A DNA stretch of 64,000 nt, taken from the NCBI GenBank assembly GCA_964590315.1, contig CAZPVS010000001.1, forward strand, positions 42,926-106,925, given 5' to 3'. Positions 9,507 to 17,535 of this stretch are shown one piece after another. How positions within the stretch are numbered: position 1 is the first letter of the stretch; every line of letters starts with the position of its first letter. The position numbers and the translations under genes were made by a program. The notes beneath the pieces were generated by a model. The model saw nothing but the letters and a program-made list of their open reading frames with translations. It ran no database searches and was not told the origin of the DNA. This DNA comes from an uncultured Candidatus Saccharibacteria bacterium. GTDB taxonomy: Bacteria; Patescibacteriota; Saccharimonadia; Saccharimonadales; JALRHH01.

Positions 9507-9538
9507 GCCGCCTGCTCTAACCGATGAGCTACACCCCC
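9463..9538 (-). tRNA. tRNA with CAU anticodon (elongator Met or lysidine-modified Ile2)
   Basis: Reverse complement GGGGGTGTAGCTCATCGGTTAGAGCAGGCGGCTCATAACCACTTGGTAGTAGGTTCGATTCCTACCACCCCCACCA. Cloverleaf has a 7-bp acceptor stem and a GTAGG/CCTAC T-stem, with one mismatch in the anticodon stem. It is close to E. coli tRNA-Ile2. Confidence 0.8.
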
Positions 9539-9613
9539 TCGATTAGAAACTTAATCGTTTCTGATAGTATTGTAACAGAGGAGAGTATAGCATTTAATGT
9601 ATAATTAACTCCA

Positions 9614-10066
9614 GTGATGATAGAAAAAATCAAAAAATATCAGCATTCAACGCTCGTACAGCAATTTCGAGACATTCGGTTTGTCGGCTTCGTGGTCTTT
9701 GGCATCCTTGTTTTGTTGGTGAGCTGGAGCGGTGTTTCGGTAATTGAGACGAATTATGAGCTCCAGAAGCAAGTTTCACAGCTTGAGCAAGAGATTGATG
9801 TTGCAGAACTTGAGAACAACAACCTTCGTTTGCAAAACGAATACTACAACAGCACACAATACCTGGAGTTGACCGCGCGGCGGCAATTTGGGAAAGGCCT
9901 ACCAGGAGAAACATTACTGTTGGTGCCCGATACGGTCGCGCTTAAATACACCAAGGACATATCCAAAGCAGTTGAAGAAAGCACACGTGAGCCACTACTC
10001 ACCAAGCCGCGATATCAGCAGAATCTTGAGGCTTGGATAGACTTCTTTACGCACCGTGATAGCTAA
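9614..10066 (+). CDS. septum formation initiator family protein (FtsB/DivIC-like)
   Basis: Single N-terminal TM helix followed by a coiled coil (ELQKQVSQLEQEIDVAELENNNLRLQNEY). Confidence 0.55.
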   Translation: MMIEKIKKYQHSTLVQQFRDIRFVGFVVFGILVLLVSWSGVSVIETNYELQKQVSQLEQEIDVAELENNNLRLQNEYYNSTQYLELTARRQFGKGLPGETLLLVPDTVALKYTKDISKAVEESTREPLLTKPRYQQNLEAWIDFFTHRDS

Positions 10067-10148
10067 GATTGACATAAGTACCTCTGTTTGATACTATATG
10101 TCAGCTAAACAGCGGCAGGAACGGGCGAATGTCCGTTCCTGCAACTAC

Positions 10149-10223
10149 CGCGGGGTAGAGCAGTGGCAGCTCGTGTGGCTCATAACCACAAGGTCGCAGG
10201 TTCGAGTCCTGCCCCCGCTACCA
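10149..10223 (+). tRNA. tRNA-Met (CAU), initiator-like
   Basis: CGCGGGGTAGAGCAGTGGCAGCTCGTGTGGCTCATAACCACAAGGTCGCAGGTTCGAGTCCTGCCCCCGCTACCA. Near-identical in layout to E. coli tRNA-fMet, including the unpaired 1:72 position (C:U). Confidence 0.85.
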
Positions 10224-10226
10224 TTT

Positions 10227-11069
10227 CTATGTAACATAGAAATTACTAGAACCGTTACGCGGTTCTTTTAATTTCAGAGATTCTAGCAATTTAGATTTAA
10301 CAACTTTGTTACTAAAAATAACTAGGTCATCTTCTAACTTAATGTCATGACCGTCTAGGTTATACGCGACACCACCAGCTTCTTGAATTATTAGTAAGCC
10401 TGCGGCTATGTCGTATTTTTGAGCAATACCACTAATCAAAAACTCAACTGCACCTTCTGCTACTGCCGGCAAGTCAAATACTGCAACACCAAAAACACGA
10501 ATCATATTTATTTGGTCTGCCAGTTTGAGCATAAGCTCTGTGCTTTTATTTGTTGATTTACCAACTTTGGCATCAAAGATTCCAATTGCGTCATTGAGGT
10601 CTCGCTCAGATACATTCAAATTACTTTTCTCGCCTGTTAAATTATTTCTATACTGGGCACCTTCACCTTTTGTGGCAGTATAAATCTCTTGGTTAAGGGG
10701 GCGATGGATTAATCCATAGATTGGAATGCCGTCCTTAACGATTGCTAGCTGAAAGCCGCATAGTGGAAGCCCTCTGATATAATTATTGGTACCATCAATA
10801 GGATCTACTACCCATTCAAAACCATTTTTTGATTCGACCCCTACATTTTCTTCTCCATAGAAACCATCGTCTGTAAACTGTTGAAGAACAGTTTTGACCG
10901 CCATGGATTCTATGTTTTTATCAAGTTCCGTAGCATAATCATGTGCTTGCTTTTCTTCGAAACGCATTTTTTTGTGGAATAAATCAGAAATCAGTGAGCC
11001 AGCGTTGCTGGCAATATATTCAGCTACAGGAATACGTTTATTTAATTCTTGTTTTATGTCATCAGTCAT
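10227..11069 (-). CDS. inositol monophosphatase family protein (SuhB/CysQ-like)
   Basis: WVVDPIDGTNNYIRG metal-binding motif. AT-rich gene inside the island. Confidence 0.75.
   Translation of the reverse strand: MTDDIKQELNKRIPVAEYIASNAGSLISDLFHKKMRFEEKQAHDYATELDKNIESMAVKTVLQQFTDDGFYGEENVGVESKNGFEWVVDPIDGTNNYIRGLPLCGFQLAIVKDGIPIYGLIHRPLNQEIYTATKGEGAQYRNNLTGEKSNLNVSERDLNDAIGIFDAKVGKSTNKSTELMLKLADQINMIRVFGVAVFDLPAVAEGAVEFLISGIAQKYDIAAGLLIIQEAGGVAYNLDGHDIKLEDDLVIFSNKVVKSKLLESLKLKEPRNGSSNFYVT
10248..10270. terminator. hairpin terminator after tRNA-fMet
   Basis: agaaccg-ttac-gcggttct followed by tttt. Confidence 0.5.
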
Positions 11070-11177
11070 TCAATATATTTTACTCTATAATAGATGGTTC
11101 GAGTATTAACTGTTGGACCAAACTATACTGTTTTTAGTCATATCGTTATTCCAACGAAGTAATTCTAAAGAAATTGG

Positions 11178-11247
11178 GTTCCAATTCGAATGGACATACT
11201 CTACCAAGCATAAGCATTATGACCTCAGAGGAATCTGGGGTCTTTTA
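11178..11247 (+). promoter_or_regulatory. copy 1 of a conserved ~65-nt motif (guuccaauucg..cuaccaag..) ending in a terminator hairpin + U-run
   Basis: Aligns with the copies at 12236-12301 and 13765-13832. Hairpin is gaccucag/cuggggUc. A partial extra copy sits at 11141-11161. Confidence 0.5.
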
Positions 11248-11282
11248 CTTGATTAAACAATTTTTGGCTTATACTACTCTTC

Positions 11283-12152
11283 ATGTGGTTTATTTACGCC
11301 CTACTTGGAGCAATCGGTAAGTCTTACTCGGGATTTTTTAGGAAGAAAATCGCCAAAAGTGTCAGTGGCTCAATGTACATCTGGATTGGGTATACGTTAA
11401 TACTTGTTGTTATGACGCCCTTCATGGTTCCACAAGCTTCAGCTGTTATCGATTCGTTGGTGAAATACCCGCTTGTTGTATTTGGAGCTGCCTTCTCTTA
11501 CATGGTGGCTACTCAATTAAACCTTGAGGCTTTAAAGCGTGAGGACTTATCCTATACAGCACCTTTAAATGCTTTTGTACCTGTCTTCACACTCGCAATA
11601 GCCGTTCCTATTCTTGGTGAAACACCGCCCAGGTTTGGCTTACTTGGCATAGCAATCGTTGTAGCAGGCGCCTACATTGTTAGTATTAAGCCTGAACGAA
11701 TACATTGGTATGACCCCCTTAAGCGATTGGCTACCAGTACTGGGGCGCAGCTAACACTGGGTGTAGCACTTTGCTATGCAATCAACACAATTCTTATGAA
11801 GGTTCTAACAAATAACGACTTTAACGCTTTTGTAGTTTTATACGTAACCACGCTCGTTGGGTGGCTACTACTTATTAACGTACCTATATCTCGTAGAAAT
11901 GAGTTTAAGGAGATTAAAAGTTCTGACAGGTTCTCAGTCCTAGGTGGTAGTTTAGGCTCATTTGCTGGTAGCTTTTTCCATATTCTTGCGCTATCAAACA
12001 CATACACCAGTTATGCAACTGCAGTACGCCGTCTTGATTCTGTAATATCAGTTCTACTGGGCTGGCGCTTCTTAAAAGAGAAAAGTATTCGTGTTAAGTT
12101 AGTGGGCAGCATTGTTATGACCATCGGTGCTGCTGTAATGCTAGTTGCCTAG
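11283..12152 (+). CDS. EamA/DMT-superfamily transporter
   Basis: Ten TM helices with a duplicated EamA-domain pattern (GETPPRFGLLGIAIVVAGAYIV). Confidence 0.7.
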   Translation: MWFIYALLGAIGKSYSGFFRKKIAKSVSGSMYIWIGYTLILVVMTPFMVPQASAVIDSLVKYPLVVFGAAFSYMVATQLNLEALKREDLSYTAPLNAFVPVFTLAIAVPILGETPPRFGLLGIAIVVAGAYIVSIKPERIHWYDPLKRLATSTGAQLTLGVALCYAINTILMKVLTNNDFNAFVVLYVTTLVGWLLLINVPISRRNEFKEIKSSDRFSVLGGSLGSFAGSFFHILALSNTYTSYATAVRRLDSVISVLLGWRFLKEKSIRVKLVGSIVMTIGAAVMLVA

Positions 12153-12235
12153 TTGTTCTAGTCTGCTGCGGTAGAGTAACTTAGCCCTGTTCTCTCTAGA
12201 GAGTTGTATCCATCTACTTAGTTCCGTAAGGATAT

Positions 12236-12301
12236 CGTTCCAATTCGATTGTACTTGGGCTACCATAAGCACTTTGACCTCTATTAATCAGAGGTCTTTT
12301 A
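12236..12301 (+). promoter_or_regulatory. copy 2 of the conserved motif + terminator hairpin
   Basis: cguuccaauucgauuguacuugggcuaccauaagcac followed by the hairpin gaccucu-auuaauc-agagguc and UUUU. Confidence 0.5.
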
Positions 12302-12303
12302 TA

Positions 12304-12332
12304 TTGACAATTCGTATATTTTGTGCTAATAT
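12304..12332 (+). promoter_or_regulatory. sigma70-like promoter (TTGACA-17-TAATAT) for the 12339 gene
   Basis: Consensus -35 box, 17-nt spacer and -10 box immediately after copy 2. Confidence 0.45.
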
Positions 12333-12338
12333 ATAATT

Positions 12339-13664
12339 ATGGACCAAATACCTGATTCGGAATTAGTTTCATCCGCTCGTAGGCATGATGTCGAATCTAA
12401 AATATTTGATGGTAGCGCGAGTAAGGCTGAAGTCCGCGATTGGTATTTCTCTTTAGACCCCCTGAGGGACGACTACTATGCATCCCTTACAGAATCTTCT
12501 TTAGGTACAACTGAATCGGACCTAGTTCTTCATAACGTTGAGTATTCGCTCAGCCAGGTAGCATTGTATGGCACAGCTGCACAAATACTTTCGGATGATA
12601 AAATCGAACATACTAAGCTTAGTGTTCCAATTAATACCTCTCCTTTTGGTCGGCAAAAATCTGAAGACACTAAGCCTCAGTTCAAGCATGTAGAATACAG
12701 CCAATTCAGTATTACCAAGCTCAAAGATATTGAATCTATAAATGAGCTGAACATTGCTCAGGACTGTTTTTCTCGAGCAAGTCGATATTGTTTAGATGTA
12801 CTACGCGTACTAGAGAATAACGAATCCGAGAAGAAATTCGTAGACTCTTTATTCGAGCTACAACGTTACTATGATCGACAGTCTGTTTATGCAAATAAAA
12901 CCGTAACCAGCCTAGCAGCAGGGTGGTTATTAACTGGATCAGAAGAGCTCAGGCCTGAGCCTCATGTACTCGACTCGATTATAGATGCTCAAATGCAGTG
13001 GCTTGGAAGCCAATTTTATAACCTGGGCATCAATAAAGATTATTCATCCCTTAAACCGGCTTTCTCAAACACAATTGAGACGATTGAAGAGTTTATAATT
13101 AATCCGACGAAAAATGCGGGTCGTAAAACTGTAAAAGATCCAGCTATGAAGGGTTATTTGCATGAATTGCTTTGGATGCTCGACGCAAACTTCGTCTTAA
13201 GTAATAAATATGAAAATCTGGGACCATGTGTGGTCCCGGCTCCATTAGGTTTTGACCGTCCCGAAATCAATCATCCAGAGTTGAAACGAGGCTACGACAT
13301 GGTATTGGTAGGTCACCACGCAAGAATGCCGATACAGCTAAAATCTGGTGCATTTAGTGCAAGCCGACATAAGTATGATGAACGGATATATCTAGCACAG
13401 GAAACCAACTTCAAAGATGTGGATTTAAGAAGACTGTCATCGAGAATTAATGATTACAGAAAATGGATAGAGAGTGATTTCAATGATAGCTCTATGGCTG
13501 ATAAGATTTCATCCAGAATTTTAGCAACAGTACCTGAAGCCATTGTCGCCCTCGAAGAGTATGATGCTATTGGTCGGGTTGATGAGGCGGTAGTTAAACA
13601 ATTAGGGAAGCAAGGCGTTCAGTTCCTGTCTAACACTTACCCGATTTATAAGCCTAAGAAGTGA
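12339..13664 (+). CDS. hypothetical protein, 441 aa, no recognisable domain
   Basis: Long AT-rich ORF with its own promoter. Island cargo. Confidence 0.5.
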   Translation: MDQIPDSELVSSARRHDVESKIFDGSASKAEVRDWYFSLDPLRDDYYASLTESSLGTTESDLVLHNVEYSLSQVALYGTAAQILSDDKIEHTKLSVPINTSPFGRQKSEDTKPQFKHVEYSQFSITKLKDIESINELNIAQDCFSRASRYCLDVLRVLENNESEKKFVDSLFELQRYYDRQSVYANKTVTSLAAGWLLTGSEELRPEPHVLDSIIDAQMQWLGSQFYNLGINKDYSSLKPAFSNTIETIEEFIINPTKNAGRKTVKDPAMKGYLHELLWMLDANFVLSNKYENLGPCVVPAPLGFDRPEINHPELKRGYDMVLVGHHARMPIQLKSGAFSASRHKYDERIYLAQETNFKDVDLRRLSSRINDYRKWIESDFNDSSMADKISSRILATVPEAIVALEEYDAIGRVDEAVVKQLGKQGVQFLSNTYPIYKPKK

Positions 13665-13764
13665 GAATTAGTAACATTTTCATTCCTCTATCTCTCGGGT
13701 AGAGCAGCCCTCAGACCGTCTGCTTCAGAAAATTGTATCCACCTTACTATTTCTTTGCATATTT

Positions 13765-13832
13765 CGTTCCAATTCGGGCGTACCTGGGCTACCAAGAGAA
13801 ATTTGAAACCGTCCCATCTGGGGCGGTTTTTA
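13765..13832 (+). promoter_or_regulatory. copy 3 of the conserved motif + terminator hairpin
   Basis: cguuccaauucgggcguaccugggcuaccaagag followed by the hairpin ccguccc-aucu-ggggcgg and UUUUU. Confidence 0.5.
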
Positions 13833-13966
13833 ATTTCTCCTTGTATCGGCGCAAGCCCCTAACCTGCGTCCTGCCAGCTTCAGATGGCGAGGTCGCACGG
13901 TTCGTTCGTAACGAGCACGCGCAGGTGCTTGCACCGAGCATGCTCGGCAACGTGCCGCAGGCAGCC

Positions 13967-13982
13967 CCTGCCCCCGCTACCA
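13967..13982. repeat. 16-nt direct repeat of the tRNA-fMet 3' end (attR-like island boundary)
   Basis: cctgcccccgctacca is identical to the tRNA T-stem 3' half + acceptor + ACCA. A chance 16-mer match is very unlikely in 64 kb. Confidence 0.55.
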
Positions 13983-14124
13983 AGCAAAAAGAATAACCGG
14001 AAGTAGTCTTTCTTCGTGGTAGGGAACTGGTCGGTGAAGTAAGCCCCCACCCCCTAAACCCTGTACATCTACGACTACTTGTGTTTATTATTGAGCTATT
14101 ACATAAAAACGGGATTACCCTTAA

Positions 14125-14760
14125 ATGGCCAGTGCTGCAAAACTACATACCAGGATTAAGCGCTATTTCATATTTTTTTCTATCGTAGGACTGCTACTGT
14201 TGTCGCTCATAGTTCTGCTAACGGTGAATCTGGTGCGGCAACACGAGCTGGTGAGCAAATATGAGCTTCTAGAGAAGATTGATAATCAAGCGTGCCGCTA
14301 TCTTGACAGACAAGCAGGGGTGAACGGAGGATTCGATCTTGAAGCTGACTCGCCGCAGGATAAGCCTCGTCTGACATACTGGTGTCTGACCGGCGAGCGA
14401 GTGTTTGCCAGACAAGTGCAGGATAAGTTTGTGGATGAGTATGATTTTGGCGCCCGCGTGCTGTACTTTAGTTCCCGAGAGGAAGCAGAGAAACATGCGC
14501 AGCAGAGCCTGAGTCCTCTCCGAAACTGGGGAGTTGATGAAGAAGGCCAACGCAACGGTATGCCACAAACATCTCGGTTTACGTTCATTGTCAGCGATGT
14601 TGAGCATCCGTATTTTGACGCGTATACCGTCAAAGCAAACGCTGTATTACGGGTTAGCCTCCCGTGCGGCACCCCTGAAGAGCGGTATGATCTTGTGGCC
14701 TGTCAGGCCCAGGCTGACGCACTATTAAATAGGGAACTCAAGGGAATAAACGTCCTGTAG
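14125..14760 (+). CDS. hypothetical membrane-anchored protein
   Basis: N-terminal TM helix (FIFFSIVGLLLLSLIVLLTV), then a soluble domain with conserved Cys residues. No recognisable family. Confidence 0.45.
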   Translation: MASAAKLHTRIKRYFIFFSIVGLLLLSLIVLLTVNLVRQHELVSKYELLEKIDNQACRYLDRQAGVNGGFDLEADSPQDKPRLTYWCLTGERVFARQVQDKFVDEYDFGARVLYFSSREEAEKHAQQSLSPLRNWGVDEEGQRNGMPQTSRFTFIVSDVEHPYFDAYTVKANAVLRVSLPCGTPEERYDLVACQAQADALLNRELKGINVL

Positions 14761-14847
14761 AACAGAGGTGAATACAGGACAGTACTACTAATAGCATATG
14801 CTTAGTGGTATTGTAGATTTACTACTATTTAGTAAGAAGGAGTCGAA

Positions 14848-15417
14848 ATGTTAGCACGAATCATTGAAGAAGCAACGGATGCGGTAGCAGCAGCGGTGCG
14901 TGGTGTGGACAATATTCTCGATGCAGTGACAAATAGTGTTAAAGATCAGGTTATTAACGTCTTACAGGGTACCGGAGAGGTTGCAGGGGCTGGCGTAGAG
15001 GCAGTTGCTTCGGTGGCTAGTGGTGCTATCCGCGGCGCAGGCCAGGTCGGAACATCATTAACCGAGACAGTAGCTGGTACGATGAGTGGAATCGTGAAGG
15101 GTGTCAGCCAGTTGGGTGGTGATGTCATCGGTGCTATCCATGAAGGCGCAAAAGGCGTTGTAAGCGCCACGGCAGAAACAGGTGGCGACATTGGAACGGC
15201 TGCAGTATCTGCGGTGAGCGGAGCCATCAAAGCAGCAGGCGACGTAGGGGCAGACACTGCGGCGGCTGCGAAATCTGCGGTCGGTGGCGTGCTTGATGCG
15301 GCGACCAGTGTAGGTGGCAGCGCTGTAGACACAGTTCGCAAGGCGCTTCTCGGTGCAGCCGCACTCCCTCGGGATGTGATTGAATCCGCACTGAAGGGTA
15401 GCGACAAAGAACGCTAA
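14848..15417 (+). CDS. Gly/Ala/Val-rich protein built of ~11-residue periodic repeats
   Basis: At least 11 tandem 11-mers (e.g. SGAIRGAGQVG / SGAIKAAGDVG) with a charged N-terminus and C-terminus. Resembles amphipathic 11-mer-repeat proteins. Confidence 0.5.
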   Translation: MLARIIEEATDAVAAAVRGVDNILDAVTNSVKDQVINVLQGTGEVAGAGVEAVASVASGAIRGAGQVGTSLTETVAGTMSGIVKGVSQLGGDVIGAIHEGAKGVVSATAETGGDIGTAAVSAVSGAIKAAGDVGADTAAAAKSAVGGVLDAATSVGGSAVDTVRKALLGAAALPRDVIESALKGSDKER

Positions 15418-15614
15418 CAAAATTCGTAGATTTTTGGTACTTAGCCCCGTCGTAGTACGGGGCTTTGTAGTGTTGCGGCCAACAGGGCAATTAGGTATTC
15501 CGCCTCCGTAAGCGTACAATAAGAGGTAACAAAGCTGCTGCAACCGTACGTTTTAGGTGGAGTACAGAAATGATTGTCGTTGGATTGTAGCAATAACTAT
15601 CTGAAAGGGTACAT

Positions 15615-15863
15615 ATGGCAGTTCAAAAAAGAAAACAGGATTTCTTCACTACAACTGAAGGTATGGAGTTGAAGGAAAAGCTTGAAGCCATGGAAATAAG
15701 CGAGCGATACAGCACCGAACCAAGCTATAGCCCTGTGACGGAAGTATACGGTGACAACCTCATTCCATTTGCTGAAAAGCACATGAAATATCTGTTGTCT
15801 CACCCCAGTCTTGACCCACTACACTACATATCCAATCTTGAACTTATGACGCGCGTGCGCTAA
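15615..15863 (+). CDS. hypothetical small protein
   Basis: ORF only. Acidic. Confidence 0.25.
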   Translation: MAVQKRKQDFFTTTEGMELKEKLEAMEISERYSTEPSYSPVTEVYGDNLIPFAEKHMKYLLSHPSLDPLHYISNLELMTRVR

Positions 15864-15917
15864 GCACAGAGCGGTCATTGCGTATGCACGAGAAGTGCTT
15901 ACAACAGGACGTATTAC

Positions 15918-16130
15918 TTATAGAAACTTGAGAAGATCGTAGACCAGAAAAGCTGGCCAGACGAATGCTTTTAATATTGCTACGATGACCGCCCAGAATC
16001 CATCAGCCTGCTGAATGTAGTACACCAGTGCCCCGATGAGACCCAATCCGTACACGGCACCGTTGCCGGGAGTACCATAGTTAGAATTTGACTTACCCAT
16101 ATATATCCTCCATTTGTCTGTGCTCATCAT
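15918..16130 (-). CDS. hypothetical small membrane protein
   Basis: 70-aa ORF with two hydrophobic helices. Confidence 0.35.
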   Translation of the reverse strand: MMSTDKWRIYMGKSNSNYGTPGNGAVYGLGLIGALVYYIQQADGFWAVIVAILKAFVWPAFLVYDLLKFL

Positions 16131-16254
16131 GACCCATATGAGACAAACTGTAAATGATATATGTCACGAGAAAGCTGGACTGTAAAATAGCTTATAAAAG
16201 TATGTGGTGAAGTGCGCTAGGCTATATAACAGGAATTAACAAAGGATTGTAGGT

Positions 16255-16503
16255 ATGACCGGACTAGAACAGACATTTTATATTATGGGCATCGTCTTTA
16301 TGAGCGTCATGTTCATCCTCATGATAGCGATGGTAGCGGCGGTGTTTGTGATTCGCGCCAAGATCAATAAGATTCACGATGCGATTGAGGATAAACTGGA
16401 TATTGCGATGACGCTGGCCGAAAAAGGTGGTGAGCTGGCGGCTGTCGCGAGTACGAAAGTGTTTGATACGGCAAAACGAGCCTTTAAATCTTCTAAAAAA
16501 TAA
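16255..16503 (+). CDS. hypothetical membrane-anchored small protein
   Basis: N-terminal TM helix, then an amphipathic helix. Abuts the YihY gene. Confidence 0.35.
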   Translation: MTGLEQTFYIMGIVFMSVMFILMIAMVAAVFVIRAKINKIHDAIEDKLDIAMTLAEKGGELAAVASTKVFDTAKRAFKSSKK

Positions 16504-17453
16504 TGCCACTCATCCTATTTTTGCGACAGGTTATACAACAGGCTGGGCAACACAAGATTGGCCAAATGAGTGCAGCGTTTGCGTACGGTGCGGTCTTTTC
16601 CTTGGGGCCACTGCTCCTGATATTTATAAGCCTCCTGGGGATAGTCTATGGGCAAGCAGCCACTGAGGGGCGCTTGTACGGACAGCTGGCGGGTACTTTT
16701 GGTTCTGAGATGGCGCTCAGCTTACAAGATATGGTAGCCAGACTAAGCGAAACAGGAAACGGTGTGATAGCCGTTGTCGCGGGCACGATTGGTGTGCTGC
16801 TCGGTGCAGCGGGCATGAGCAGTCAGCTGCAAGACTCATTTAATACAATTTTTGGGGCAGTGCGTGATCCGAGGGGCGGAATTAAACGGACGGTCCTGGT
16901 CAAGGTGAAGAATATACTGATCATTTTATTATTTGGTCTATTCATTATTGTGTCTGTTGCGGTGACTGCCTTCACAAATGCTATCGGTTCTACAGTCCAA
17001 GAATCACTTGGACTGCCAACTGTTATCCTGGAGATCCTGAATACTCTCGTATCGCTTGGCATACTCACCGGTCTATTATTTGGCGTGTACAGGGTACTCC
17101 CCGATGTTCTCATCCCCAGACGCATAGCGCTTGTCGGTTCCCTGATAGTTGCATGCCTGTTTGCTGTTGGCAAAATCATACTGGCACTTATTATTGCCAA
17201 TAACGCGACGGCGAGTGCATATGGTGCAGCCGCAGTGCTCATATCGTTGCTTCTATGGACCTATTACCTCGGTCAGATACTGCTCACGGGCGCGCTAGGT
17301 ATGCAGGTGTATGGCCATAATCGTCTACTGGTGTATAAACCGAAGAAACACGCGCTGCAAAGAACGACCGTCCATGTGGACGGCTCCCAGCACCGGAGTC
17401 GCATAATCACCGCGTGGCTACGGGGATACCGTAGACGTAAAAATGCGAAGTAA
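16503..17453 (+). CDS. YihY/BrkB (virulence factor BrkB / former RNase BN) family membrane protein
   Basis: MSAAFAYGAVFSLGPLLLIFISLLG start and a 6-TM layout typical of the YihY family. Confidence 0.7.
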   Translation: MPLILFLRQVIQQAGQHKIGQMSAAFAYGAVFSLGPLLLIFISLLGIVYGQAATEGRLYGQLAGTFGSEMALSLQDMVARLSETGNGVIAVVAGTIGVLLGAAGMSSQLQDSFNTIFGAVRDPRGGIKRTVLVKVKNILIILLFGLFIIVSVAVTAFTNAIGSTVQESLGLPTVILEILNTLVSLGILTGLLFGVYRVLPDVLIPRRIALVGSLIVACLFAVGKIILALIIANNATASAYGAAAVLISLLLWTYYLGQILLTGALGMQVYGHNRLLVYKPKKHALQRTTVHVDGSQHRSRIITAWLRGYRRRKNAK

Positions 17454-17535
17454 TGATCAAAATCACACGGTATACATAGGAAAGGTCACAGCAATACTTC
17501 CCAGACATCACTACACTGGATAGAAGAGGGAGGAT

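Larger units (their letters stand above)
3556..9538. mobile_element. composite tRNA-associated region carrying a serine recombinase, with nested inverted repeats
   Basis: R1 and R2 repeat pairs, tRNA 3'-end mimics, a recombinase and cargo genes. Boundaries are uncertain. Confidence 0.35.
10224..13982. mobile_element. tRNA-fMet-associated AT-rich genomic island (no integrase present)
   Basis: Begins at the tRNA 3' end and closes with a 16-nt direct copy of the tRNA 3' end (cctgcccccgctacca) at 13967-13982. Composition is shifted relative to its flanks. Confidence 0.4.

Noticed and set aside
11178-13832. Integron attC sites for the triplicated motif
   Set aside because: No IntI-type tyrosine integrase is present. 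The copies lack the RYYYAAC/GTTRRRY core sites and instead look like RNA hairpins followed by U-runs.
13733-13996. 87-aa ORF in the GC-rich segment
   Set aside because: It spans the attR-like tRNA copy and motif copy 3, and its composition is unlike the neighbouring genes. Probably spurious.
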